Origin: an uncultured Eubacteriales bacterium | GTDB taxonomy: Bacteria > Bacillota > Clostridia > Oscillospirales > Butyricicoccaceae | Length of the DNA stretch: 32,000 bases | Direction: 5' to 3' | Assembly: GCA_910579575.1 (NCBI GenBank) | Contig: CAJTUM010000004.1 | Location: 80,839-112,838, forward strand | In this document: piece by piece, positions 1 through 8,250 of the stretch | Layout: each line of letters opens with the position of its first letter | How positions within the stretch are numbered: the first letter of the stretch is position 1 | Translations under genes and position numbers: made by a program | Notes under the pieces: model-generated | The model's database searches: none | Told to the model about the DNA's origin: nothing | Seen by the model: the letters and a program-made list of their open reading frames with translations, nothing else

Positions 1-343
1 GGCTTGCTTCGTGGGTTATTGTGAAGTTCCTTCGTCCCGTCTGCTCTACATCGTCCCTCAGATCACTTTCAATCAGGATCGTTTTTCCATCCAAAAAGTA
101 GACCTCACCGGTTTCCTCATTCCCCGGCAGTTCAACACCTATACTTTCAAAAGATGTCAGTCCAAGGATTGTCCCATCTATCGAGAGATGCTGATAATCA
201 ATTTGCAGACCCAGCAGGCTCTTGACAAGGATTTCAGGATAAATCCGATATACCGGCTGTCCCTTAACCTCTGGCAGCTTCATGTACGCTCGAATCACCC
301 GTTCACCGATTGCTTCAAGGTCATTCCGAGATAAACGCTTCAA
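1..343 (-). CDS. ImmA/IrrE-family (DUF955-like) metallopeptidase, N-terminal part; gene continues beyond left edge
   Basis: Absent from the ORF track because it is open at the edge. The reverse complement of 1..343 reads TTG-KRLSRNDLEAIGERVIRAYMKLPEVKGQPVYRIYPEILVKSLLGLQIDYQHLSIDG...GRRNFTITHEAS without a stop and ends inside an HExxH-type motif. An AAGGAGGA Shine-Dalgarno lies 5 nt upstream of the TTG at 343-341. Confidence 0.6.
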   Translation of the reverse strand, partial: MKRLSRNDLEAIGERVIRAYMKLPEVKGQPVYRIYPEILVKSLLGLQIDYQHLSIDGTILGLTSFESIGVELPGNEETGEVYFLDGKTILIESDLRDDVEQTGRRNFTITHEAS

Positions 344-354
344 TGTCGTCCTCC

Positions 355-600
355 TTAGTTAAACTTTGCCTCTACAAACCAGCGTCCATTCTGCTCGTCG
401 AAAAGATGGGTCTCGCTGTGTCCTATCCTGATGGTATATCTGACGCCACGACCTCCGACCATAGAGGCTGCACGACATACCTGAAGAACTTTGTCTATCT
501 CATACTCAGCCTCGTCAGCTATCTTTATTGTCTTTGGACAGCACGAACCGTCCGGTTTATGTTCGGCATTTACAGTCACATAAACCTTTCTTCTACCCAT
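355..600 (-). CDS. Hypothetical 81-aa protein, first gene of the leftward operon
   Basis: ATG ORF preceded by GAGGTG. Its stop at 355-357 lies within the SD of the downstream ImmA-like gene. The overlapping + strand ORFs 11..334 and 310..657 have no RBS and look like shadows. No family recognised. Confidence 0.5.
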   Translation of the reverse strand: MGRRKVYVTVNAEHKPDGSCCPKTIKIADEAEYEIDKVLQVCRAASMVGGRGVRYTIRIGHSETHLFDEQNGRWFVEAKFN

Positions 601-636
601 CTCAGCACCTCATTTCGCAGAAAACATAAAAAAGGC

Positions 637-665
637 TTGACGAAAACCTATTCGTGATGTAAGAT
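637..665 (+). promoter_or_regulatory. Candidate sigma-A promoter for the XRE-ImmA-polymerase operon
   Basis: TTGACG (637-642), 17-nt spacer, TAAGAT (660-665). The -35 box overlaps the first operator-like palindrome. Confidence 0.4.
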
Positions 666-753
666 ATATTCACGAAGCTGATTTCGTGTTTTGAGCAGAT
701 TATATCACGAAGCCGATTTCGTGTCAATAGTTTTTTGCGAAGCCAGTTTCGTA
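639..753. promoter_or_regulatory. Array of four operator-like palindromes (consensus CACGAA-N6-TTCGTG) in a divergent intergenic region
   Basis: GACGAAaacctaTTCGTG 639-656; CACGAAgctgatTTCGTG 671-688; CACGAAgccgatTTCGTG 706-723; GCGAAgccagtTTCGTA 737-753. Centre-to-centre spacing is 32, 35 and 30 bp. Confidence 0.6.
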
Positions 754-792
754 TCCTTGGATAGACACATACATAGTTGAAGGAGAATCATT

Positions 793-1209
793 ATGACATT
801 CAATGAGCGGCTCAAAGAAATCAGAGAAAAAAAGGGATTAACACAGGAGCAGCTTGCCAAGCTCTCGGGGCTTTCTACCCGTATGATTCAAAACTATGAA
901 AAGAATAGCCGTCCGCAGTTTGACAACGCTAAAAAGCTGGCAACCGCACTGGAAGTCTCGGTTTATGATATTCTTGGCGAGAGCGGAACACTTATAGCTG
1001 AAGCAGGAGAAAGGTATGGTGCAAGGGGCGCAAAACAGGCTGAACAACTCATGGCAGAGGTTACCGGCCTGTTTGCCGGCGGAGAAATGGCTGAGGAAGA
1101 TATGGATGTGATGATGAAAGCCATCACAGACGCATACTGGATTGCCAAGGAGAAGAACAAGAAGTATGCTCCTAAGCGTTATAAGGAGCAGGACACAACT
1201 CAGGGCTAA
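793..1209 (+). CDS. XRE/Cro-C1 family HTH transcriptional regulator (ImmR-like)
   Basis: N-terminus MTFNERLKEIREKKGLTQEQLAKLSGLSTRMIQNYEKN is a classic HTH_3 signature. A GAAGGAGA RBS is present, and the gene lies directly upstream of an ImmA-type peptidase gene. Confidence 0.9.
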   Translation: MTFNERLKEIREKKGLTQEQLAKLSGLSTRMIQNYEKNSRPQFDNAKKLATALEVSVYDILGESGTLIAEAGERYGARGAKQAEQLMAEVTGLFAGGEMAEEDMDVMMKAITDAYWIAKEKNKKYAPKRYKEQDTTQG

Positions 1210-1271
1210 GTCCCGTTTATGGTACATAGACCAGTTTATACTTTACACAGTGTGGAAAGAGGTGAGGGTCA

Positions 1272-1796
1272 ATGTATGCCTCCACTTCCGAGATCGTTCG
1301 CAAGGCCAACCATATTGTACGACAATGTGGGACTCGTGACCCCCACAAGATAGCAGACGAACTCGGTATTGAGATTCTCTATTGTCCTTTTAAGGCTCAG
1401 CGTGGTGCCTACAAGGTCATCATGCGAAACCGTTTTATGTTCGTGAAAGAGGATTTGCACCCTGTTATGGAGAACATTGTGCTTCTCCATGAGCTGGGAC
1501 ATGACACTCTGCACCGAGAGGAAGCCACCCAAGTTGGCGGCTTTGAGGAGTTTAATATCTTTGATATTCGGGACAGCAGAATGGAATATGAAGCTAATAT
1601 CTTTGCCACGCAGATTGCACTCCCAGACGACGACTTTTTAGACTTGGCAGAGCAAGGCTACGATGTGCAGCAGATAGCCGCTGCCTTACACTCCGATGTG
1701 AACCTTGTCGCTCTAAAGGCGGACACTCTTATCTCACAGGGGTACAGGCTCAGACCGCAGGAACATCGGAACGACTTTTTACGGTTCGATAAATAA
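1272..1796 (+). CDS. ImmA/IrrE family metallo-endopeptidase (DUF955)
   Basis: HELGH zinc-binding motif in VLLHELGHDTLH. Size and position after the XRE gene match the ImmR/ImmA arrangement. GAGGTGAGGG RBS. Confidence 0.85.
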   Translation: MYASTSEIVRKANHIVRQCGTRDPHKIADELGIEILYCPFKAQRGAYKVIMRNRFMFVKEDLHPVMENIVLLHELGHDTLHREEATQVGGFEEFNIFDIRDSRMEYEANIFATQIALPDDDFLDLAEQGYDVQQIAAALHSDVNLVALKADTLISQGYRLRPQEHRNDFLRFDK

Positions 1797-1819
1797 AACA
1801 TGGGAGGACAACGAAGCGT

Positions 1820-3343
1820 ATGCAGAAGCAGTATATAGCTATCGACTTAAAATCGTTTTACGCTTCGGTGGAGTGCGCCGAAAGAGGTCTCGATCCCCTT
1901 GACGCCAACCTTGTTGTTGCGGACGAAAGCAGAACAGACAAAACCATCTGCCTTGCCGTCTCTCCCGCCCTGAAAGCGCATGGCATATCCGGTCGAGCAA
2001 GGCTCTTTGAAGCCAAGCAGCGTATCAAGGAAGTAAACAGGGAAAGGCAAAGAAAAGCTCCCGAACACCGGTTCAGGGGCAAATCAATCTATGGCTCGGA
2101 GCTGGCAAAAGACCCGACGCTGGAACTTGACCTTGTTATTGCGCCGCCACGAATGGCTTATTACATGGACTACAGCAAAAGCATAGTTGAAATCTATATG
2201 CGCTATGTCTCCTTCGATGATATCTTGGTCTACTCTATCGACGAGGTTTTCATCGACGCCACACCGTATCTCTCAACCTACAACATGAGCGCCCACGATT
2301 TTGCTATGATGTTGATTCAAGAGGTCTTGAAGGAGACTCGAATCACCGCCACCGCTGGAATTGGCACGAATATGTACCTTGCGAAGATTGCGATGGACAT
2401 TGAGGCAAAGCATATCCCCGCCGACAAGGATGGCGTCCGTATTGCAGAGTTGAATGAAACGAGCTATCGGGACAAACTCTGGACACACCGACCGCTTACA
2501 GACTTTTGGCGGGTGGGCAGAGGAATTGCCCGTAAATTGGAGCAAAACGGTCTTTTCACTATGGGCGACATCGCCCGCTGCTCCGAGGGAAAGGATACAG
2601 ACTACTATAACGAAGATCTGCTTTACGAACTCCTCGAAGTAAACGCCGAGCTGCTCATAGATCACGCTTGGGGCTGGGAACCCACTGAAATAGCAGACTG
2701 TAAGGCGTATAAGCCAGAATCAAAAAGTCTCAGTCAGGGGCAAGTGCTATCTTGTCCCTATGACTTTCATGCGGGCAGGATCGTTGTCCTTGAAATGGCA
2801 GACCAACTCTCTATGGACTTGGTTCGGGCAGGTCTTTTCACCGATCAGGTGGTGCTTGATGTTGGCTACGACATTGAGAATCTGACAGACCCAAAACGAG
2901 CTGCCAAGTATAAGGGCTCAATCGTAACAGACCACTATGGGCGGCAAATCCCGAAAGGGGTTCATGGCTCAAAGAGCTTGGGCAGGCAAACATCCTCCAC
3001 CAACAAAATCATGGATGCGGTTGCCGCCATTTATGACAGCATTGTGGATAAGAGCCTTTTAGTCCGGCGCTTCACAGTCGCCGTTACCCATTTGATACCA
3101 GAGGGTGAGGCAGAGTCCGCCATTCAGGTGGGCGAGCAGCTCGACCTTTTCACAGACTATGAGGCATTGGAGCAGCAGCGGAAGGCCGAAGCAGAAGCGC
3201 TTGACCGTGAACTCAAAATGCAGAAGGCGATTATCACCATTCGAGACAAGTTCGGAAAAAATGCCATTGTTAAAGGGCTTAATATGCACGAAGGCGCTAC
3301 TGCTATAGAGCGCAACAAACAAATCGGCGGTCACAAGGCGTGA
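1820..3343 (+). CDS. Y-family DNA polymerase (UmuC/DinB/UvrX-like translesion polymerase)
   Basis: N-terminal IAIDLKSFYASVE and YSIDEVFIDAT catalytic Asp/Glu motifs typical of the IMS/Y-family. 507 aa. GGGAGGA RBS. Confidence 0.9.
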   Translation: MQKQYIAIDLKSFYASVECAERGLDPLDANLVVADESRTDKTICLAVSPALKAHGISGRARLFEAKQRIKEVNRERQRKAPEHRFRGKSIYGSELAKDPTLELDLVIAPPRMAYYMDYSKSIVEIYMRYVSFDDILVYSIDEVFIDATPYLSTYNMSAHDFAMMLIQEVLKETRITATAGIGTNMYLAKIAMDIEAKHIPADKDGVRIAELNETSYRDKLWTHRPLTDFWRVGRGIARKLEQNGLFTMGDIARCSEGKDTDYYNEDLLYELLEVNAELLIDHAWGWEPTEIADCKAYKPESKSLSQGQVLSCPYDFHAGRIVVLEMADQLSMDLVRAGLFTDQVVLDVGYDIENLTDPKRAAKYKGSIVTDHYGRQIPKGVHGSKSLGRQTSSTNKIMDAVAAIYDSIVDKSLLVRRFTVAVTHLIPEGEAESAIQVGEQLDLFTDYEALEQQRKAEAEALDRELKMQKAIITIRDKFGKNAIVKGLNMHEGATAIERNKQIGGHKA

Positions 3344-3353
3344 GGTGATAAGA

Positions 3354-3794
3354 ATGGCCAGTGGGAAAAAAGAATACAGCGACATTTTTGACCGTCCTCA
3401 TCATGTGTCCTCCAAACGGCCTCAAATGTCGAGAAGCAACCGAGCTGCACAGTTCTCACCCTTCGCCGCCCTTACCGGCTATGACAGTCTTGTTGCTGAA
3501 TCCGCAAGAGTTACAGATCAAAAGGTCAAGCTTTCAGATGAGGAATACGAGGTATTGAACAAACGGCTCAACTACCTGCAAGACCACCTTTCAGAATTGC
3601 CTATTATTCAGGTTCTCTACTTTGAACCTGACAAGAAAAAATCCGGCGGCTCCTATGTTGAATTTTCAGGAACAATAAGGCGAGTACGGCAGCACGAAGG
3701 TTTGCTTCTCACGACCACCAGCATTGAAATCCCCTTTGAGAGTATTGCAGAGCTGTCCGGCGACTTTTTTGCCCCTCTCGATTCCCTTTCATGA
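3354..3794 (+). CDS. YolD-like protein (proposed UmuD-equivalent partner of Firmicutes Y-family polymerases)
   Basis: Lies immediately downstream of the polymerase gene. RAAQFSPFAALTGY resembles the conserved YolD-like core. ATG at 3354 with TGAGGTGA 5 nt upstream is preferred over the GTG at 3345. Confidence 0.6.
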   Translation: MASGKKEYSDIFDRPHHVSSKRPQMSRSNRAAQFSPFAALTGYDSLVAESARVTDQKVKLSDEEYEVLNKRLNYLQDHLSELPIIQVLYFEPDKKKSGGSYVEFSGTIRRVRQHEGLLLTTTSIEIPFESIAELSGDFFAPLDSLS

Positions 3795-3833
3795 CAAGAA
3801 CTCCGATAGTCATTTGACTGTCGGAGTTCTTGT
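3794..3833. terminator. 13-bp perfect hairpin between convergent operons
   Basis: ACAAGAACTCCGA (3794-3806) pairs with TCGGAGTTCTTGT (3821-3833) around a 14-nt loop, followed by CTTT on the + strand. It sits between the yolD-like stop and the res stop. Confidence 0.5.
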
Positions 3834-3835
3834 CT

Positions 3836-6800
3836 TTACATTGCGCTCATAATGTTTAGCAAGCTCTGGTAGCTATCCACATCATGGTATTTCACCTTGC
3901 TTGTTGACATCTCATTAAACAGCTTTTTAGCACAGGAGATTTTAGCCTGCTCTATTGGCCTTAGATTCAAACTCTCCATCGTACCCTTTGTTTCAGCGAC
4001 AAAGAAGATATGCTTGACTTTTCCCTCATAAAAGGCGATTGCCCAATCCGGCGAGTAGTTGCCCACTGGGGTGGGAATCTGAAATGTCCTTGGGAGCTTC
4101 GCATAAACACAAACCTCTTCGGCTGCATCCAAATCCTCAGCAAATCGCCTCTCCACACTCTTTTCAGCAGAACCATCCGTAAACACATAGTCCTGAATTG
4201 CCTTCTTTGCCAGAAAAGCTTTTTCAAAGGGCTGTGTGTTTTTCTCTGCGGTGAAAATGTCAGAGTCATATTGCCCTTCAATCGTGTCGTAGGAGATATG
4301 CTCTACAATCATAGTTGCCTTTTGTTCGTTTATGAGCCTTACGACCTTGGAGATAAACTCTTCAGGATTATTCCTGAACATATAAAGCTTGTCCATCCGA
4401 AGTCCTTGCAGAATGGCAGAGGCGGTTTTACGAGTCAAAACAGTACCGGACGCAATCTTGCCAATCAGGTCATACTTGATTTGGCTGGTTTCTGCGTGTC
4501 TGAGCGTCTGCGTCCTCGTCTTTTCCCCAGCGAAGGACTCTCCACGCTCCACCTCATAGGCATTCATTTCGGACTTTTGAGCGCCGATCGTGGCTGTGTA
4601 CTGAAGCTCTGAGACAAAGAGCTTTTCATTGATATGGTCGATAGCCTTCTCTATCAACTCATCAGAATCAAAATCCACGGTGTAGGCGTATTTGTGATTG
4701 ATCTCCTTCCAAAGGGCTTGGAACTCCTTTTTGGCGAAGTTCTCATTGAGCGGATTATCTTTCACCTTAGTTTCATGCCCGTCAGTGAACATATCCTTGA
4801 GAACACTGTCGTCGTAGACGGACTGAATCAGCGCATGGACACCCTCCGCCATCGGCTTCAGCTCCTCCGGCAGCTCCGCAACCGTATTCATTGCCACTTC
4901 GTTCCGGTATTTGTCAGTGACCTTGCGCTTCATATCAACATAACCGTTCTGAATCAGATAGAACTCAATCGCATTTGCGGCGTTGTCATCTATCAGCGTC
5001 GGTACACCATCCACCTTGACATATTTTCCCTTGAAATACTCGCTGGTTGCAACCGTCGGTCTGTCATAAAGGACGGTCTTGATATCGGACTGCAAATCGG
5101 TCACAAAGTCCTTATAGCTTTCACTTGCAATGACCGTCAGCATGTTCACATCATGAATCGAATCCCCGCAGCTCTGGACATCCATTCGGTTTCCGTCCTG
5201 ATTGACACACAGTCGCAGGCCACGACCAACTTCCTGCCGTTTGGCGGTGTTGCTGTCAGAGTGCTTCAGGGTGCAAATCTGGAACACATTGGGGTTGTCC
5301 CAACCTTCCCGCAGGGCAGAGTGGGAGAAAATAAACCTTGTGGGTTCTCCAAAGGAAAGCAGCCGCTCTTTGTTCTTCAAAATCAAGTCATAGGCAGAAA
5401 TGTCGTCTGAGAACTCGCTGCCTCGCTTGAGCTGACTGTCAACACTTCTGCCGGTCTTTTTGTCGATGCTGAAGTATCCCTTATGTACTGCGTTTACATC
5501 ACTGCAAGTGGATTTCAAGTATTTCTGATAGGGCGTGTCAAAGAGCTGGACATAATCGTTCAGAACACTGACATACTCCTGCTCAAACATCTGCCCATAC
5601 TCGCCCAGCACCTCATTGCCATCTTCGTCATACTGGCGGTATTTCGCCACCTCGTCGATGAAGAACAGGGACAGGCACTTGATGCCCTTGTTATAAAGCC
5701 TTTCCTCTTTCTCAAAATGGGAAAGGATCGTCTCACGAATCTGAATCTGGCGCATATCCTTTTCAGAAACATCGCCCACCACATCGCCGGTTTTGATTAC
5801 ATCGCCGTTCGTAAAGGTGACTGTGCCTTGCAGCGGGTCAATCTCAGAAACGGTATAGCCTTTATATTGCTCCATCTCCTGAGACACATAGAATAAATCG
5901 TCCCCCACGCCGAGAATACGGGTCTCACGGTTAATGGACTTGTTGTAGGCAATCTCCAGCTCTATCTTCGCCATAGGCGGCTTCTTGGAAGAGAGCATGA
6001 TTTGCTCCAGATACAGATAGCTGTCTGTGCCTCTGAAGTTCTTGACTTCAAAACCTTTGACTTCAATCTTCTTAACCAGCTTCTTGTTGAAGGCGTCCAG
6101 CGCATCCAACACATAAATCAGGTTGTGCTGCTTTGCATGGGTGGCTGAGTAGTTCAAGCAGAAAAGAGGGTTGAAGTTCTTGAGTGCCTTTTGCGTAACC
6201 TCACCGCCCATTTTCTGCGGCTCGTCCAAAATAATAATGGGTCTGTTTGCTTTGATAACATCAATAGGTCGGCGGGAGCCGAACTCATCACGCTTGGAAT
6301 ATATGATTCTGGCTTCTTTGCTTTTTCCGTCCTCCTTCAGCGAGGAAGCAAACGCCTGGGTGTTGATAATCATCACATTGATGCCGGAGCTGGAAGAGAA
6401 GGTATCCAGTTGATTGAGGTTGGAGCTGTTATAGATAAAGAATCTCGCCTTTTTGCCGTAGTGTTCCATGAAGTGGTCGGCGGTGATCTCAAATGATTTC
6501 TTCACGCCTTCACGAATCGCTATGCTGGGAACGACCACGATAAACTTGCTCCAGCCATACTTCCGGTTCAGCTCGAACATGGTCTTGATATACACATAGG
6601 TCTTTCCAGTGCCGGTCTCCATTTCAATGTCAAGGCTGCACCGGCCCAGGTTCTTCACAAGGGAGGGCGACAGCTTGATGTTGTTCTGGCTCTGTAAGGT
6701 CTGGATATTTTTCAATAGCTGCTCGTCGGACAACTCCACCAGCTCATTTTTATAGCCCGTATCGTTCAGGGGGTCAAGCAGCTCAGAATCCTCCTGTGCC

Positions 6801-6955
6801 ATGTCAAGCGTGATCTGATAATTCTGCGGCTCCGTTTTCTTTCCGAGGTCACGGATATAGCTGATTTTGTCGTGAAATCCCTGACCCTGAAAGACTTTTA
6901 CCACAGCATCAACGGCATCAGTTTGGTATTGTTGGATTTTGAAGTTGAATTTCAT
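3836..6955 (-). CDS. res: Type III restriction endonuclease Res subunit (SF2 helicase plus C-terminal PD-ExK nuclease)
   Basis: Walker A GTGKT (6599-6613), motif II IIILDEPQ, motif VI QEVGRGLRL. C-terminal YSPDW...FFVAETKG is a PD-(D/E)xK motif (Asp codon 4046-4048). The start MKFNFKIQQYQ at 6955 forms an ATGA overlap with the upstream stop; the track start at 7009 is less likely. Confidence 0.9.
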   Translation of the reverse strand: MKFNFKIQQYQTDAVDAVVKVFQGQGFHDKISYIRDLGKKTEPQNYQITLDMAQEDSELLDPLNDTGYKNELVELSDEQLLKNIQTLQSQNNIKLSPSLVKNLGRCSLDIEMETGTGKTYVYIKTMFELNRKYGWSKFIVVVPSIAIREGVKKSFEITADHFMEHYGKKARFFIYNSSNLNQLDTFSSSSGINVMIINTQAFASSLKEDGKSKEARIIYSKRDEFGSRRPIDVIKANRPIIILDEPQKMGGEVTQKALKNFNPLFCLNYSATHAKQHNLIYVLDALDAFNKKLVKKIEVKGFEVKNFRGTDSYLYLEQIMLSSKKPPMAKIELEIAYNKSINRETRILGVGDDLFYVSQEMEQYKGYTVSEIDPLQGTVTFTNGDVIKTGDVVGDVSEKDMRQIQIRETILSHFEKEERLYNKGIKCLSLFFIDEVAKYRQYDEDGNEVLGEYGQMFEQEYVSVLNDYVQLFDTPYQKYLKSTCSDVNAVHKGYFSIDKKTGRSVDSQLKRGSEFSDDISAYDLILKNKERLLSFGEPTRFIFSHSALREGWDNPNVFQICTLKHSDSNTAKRQEVGRGLRLCVNQDGNRMDVQSCGDSIHDVNMLTVIASESYKDFVTDLQSDIKTVLYDRPTVATSEYFKGKYVKVDGVPTLIDDNAANAIEFYLIQNGYVDMKRKVTDKYRNEVAMNTVAELPEELKPMAEGVHALIQSVYDDSVLKDMFTDGHETKVKDNPLNENFAKKEFQALWKEINHKYAYTVDFDSDELIEKAIDHINEKLFVSELQYTATIGAQKSEMNAYEVERGESFAGEKTRTQTLRHAETSQIKYDLIGKIASGTVLTRKTASAILQGLRMDKLYMFRNNPEEFISKVVRLINEQKATMIVEHISYDTIEGQYDSDIFTAEKNTQPFEKAFLAKKAIQDYVFTDGSAEKSVERRFAEDLDAAEEVCVYAKLPRTFQIPTPVGNYSPDWAIAFYEGKVKHIFFVAETKGTMESLNLRPIEQAKISCAKKLFNEMSTSKVKYHDVDSYQSLLNIMSAM

Positions 6956-8250
6956 ATCCCCACATCCTTTTCCAAGAACATAATCGCCACAGAAACCAGG
7001 GCAAGACACCGTTTATAGAAATATTCTATCTGCCGTTCATCTGTAAAGTTAATCTTTGTTGTTTCGTGGTGACGGATTCTGAAATCGTTTCCCATAGTGG
7101 TCAACGCCCTAAACTCGGTCTCATACAAAGTTTTGAAATGAGTTTCAGAAGCGCTCATATCATCAATGATTTTGTTCGCTGATTCAGACTTGTTAAGTGC
7201 CGGAGAATAGTAAGTTTTTAATCTCTCGAACGCATCCCATAGCTTCTCGACTGCGATTTGCATATTGCCTTTACGATAGTAGTTGTCTGCCTCCAGAAGC
7301 AGATCTTTCAACCCCTGCTCTGAAATAATAGATATGTTTCCTTTATCTATAGATATTTCAAAAGTGCTTTCAATCCGTCCCTGCTCAAGTCTATATGATA
7401 TGCCATTGAGTTTGAGCAAAGCATTGATTTGATCTGCAAAATCGTTATCGGCGTTATATTTCTCGTAAAACTCAATCGCATCAAAAACGGAGAACGGGGA
7501 TGTGCTTAACACGAACTGTTCCATATCGCTTGTCTTTGCGTATTGCCTTTTTTCATTATAACATTTCGGCTCGTAGAATTGAGAGATATCTCGGAACACA
7601 TATTCACTTGTGGAAATGTGTTCTTGCCAGCCAGTGTCACTGGTTTCAAGATAAGCATCTGTATGTCTTTCAAGGATGGCATATATCTGCTTCCGTGCCT
7701 CACGACTGATTTTCTGAGTTAGATGGCGTGATTTAATTTCTGCTTTATGTCTTTGTGAAAACGGAATAAATAAAGCGCTTTCGCTCGGGTCGTACTTTCT
7801 CCAACCATAGACATCCCGACCGGAGATTTTTGCTTCGGGGTGCAATTCATATCCGTCTTTCCGGAGAAGTTCGTTTGCCGCATCTAAAAATCTCTTCCAA
7901 TATCCTCCCTCGTCTCTAACTGCTGGGTGGAACACAGAACATAGAAATCTTAGGAGGGTTTCATCTTCTCCGTTCATCAACCCAAAGCGTTCGTCCTCAA
8001 ACACCCATCCATCTTCATAATCATTGTTGTTCACAGTATGTTGCAGAATATCGCCCTCAGCATCATCAAAACGGCTATCAAAGCTCGGGAGTTCTTTGAG
8101 ATTGTAAATTCTCTTCAAAAAATCCAGCTCGCTTAGCCTTCCACAAAAGGCATACCTAACTCGCTTGCTTTCAAAGAATTCTTCTATGTCCAGACCGCAT
8201 ATAAACAATGAGAAAATGTCTCTTCTGGTTATTTCTGAGATATGCTTCAT
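6952..8250 (-). CDS. Uncharacterised 432-aa protein; possible AbiJ-like architecture with a C-terminal HEPN-like domain
   Basis: Clean ORF coupled at both ends (TAATG with mod, ATGA with res). C-terminal helical region carries GNDFRIRHHE (7063-7080), resembling the Arg-His core of HEPN/AbiJ-type domains. The segment FDAIEFYEKY...QINALLKLNGISYRLEQGRIES resembles my memory of AbiJ N-terminal domain signatures. Family call is unverified. Confidence 0.5.
   Translation of the reverse strand: MKHISEITRRDIFSLFICGLDIEEFFESKRVRYAFCGRLSELDFLKRIYNLKELPSFDSRFDDAEGDILQHTVNNNDYEDGWVFEDERFGLMNGEDETLLRFLCSVFHPAVRDEGGYWKRFLDAANELLRKDGYELHPEAKISGRDVYGWRKYDPSESALFIPFSQRHKAEIKSRHLTQKISREARKQIYAILERHTDAYLETSDTGWQEHISTSEYVFRDISQFYEPKCYNEKRQYAKTSDMEQFVLSTSPFSVFDAIEFYEKYNADNDFADQINALLKLNGISYRLEQGRIESTFEISIDKGNISIISEQGLKDLLLEADNYYRKGNMQIAVEKLWDAFERLKTYYSPALNKSESANKIIDDMSASETHFKTLYETEFRALTTMGNDFRIRHHETTKINFTDERQIEYFYKRCLALVSVAIMFLEKDVGI

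Noticed and set aside
11-657. + strand ORFs 11..334 and 310..657 from the track
   Set aside because: The minus strand here encodes an ImmA-like protein with a TITHEAS motif and an SD-preceded 81-aa ORF arranged as an operon. The + strand ORFs lack RBSs and recognisable content.
639-753. Repeat array as a possible mini-CRISPR or iteron set
   Set aside because: The units are 16-18-bp palindromes with variable 12-17-nt spacers, located between divergent promoters. There are no cas genes and no replication initiator nearby. An operator interpretation fits better.
4010-5410. 200-aa and 258-aa + strand ORFs inside res
   Set aside because: They are antisense to a gene with clear helicase and nuclease motifs. 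No RBS or family signature is present.
6956-7009. Longer N-terminal extensions of res (start 7009) and mod (start 10208) given by the ORF track
   Set aside because: The internal starts at 6955 and 10127 give canonical N-termini. They have proper SD sequences or ATGA/TAATG coupling, and they avoid long overlaps with the upstream genes.
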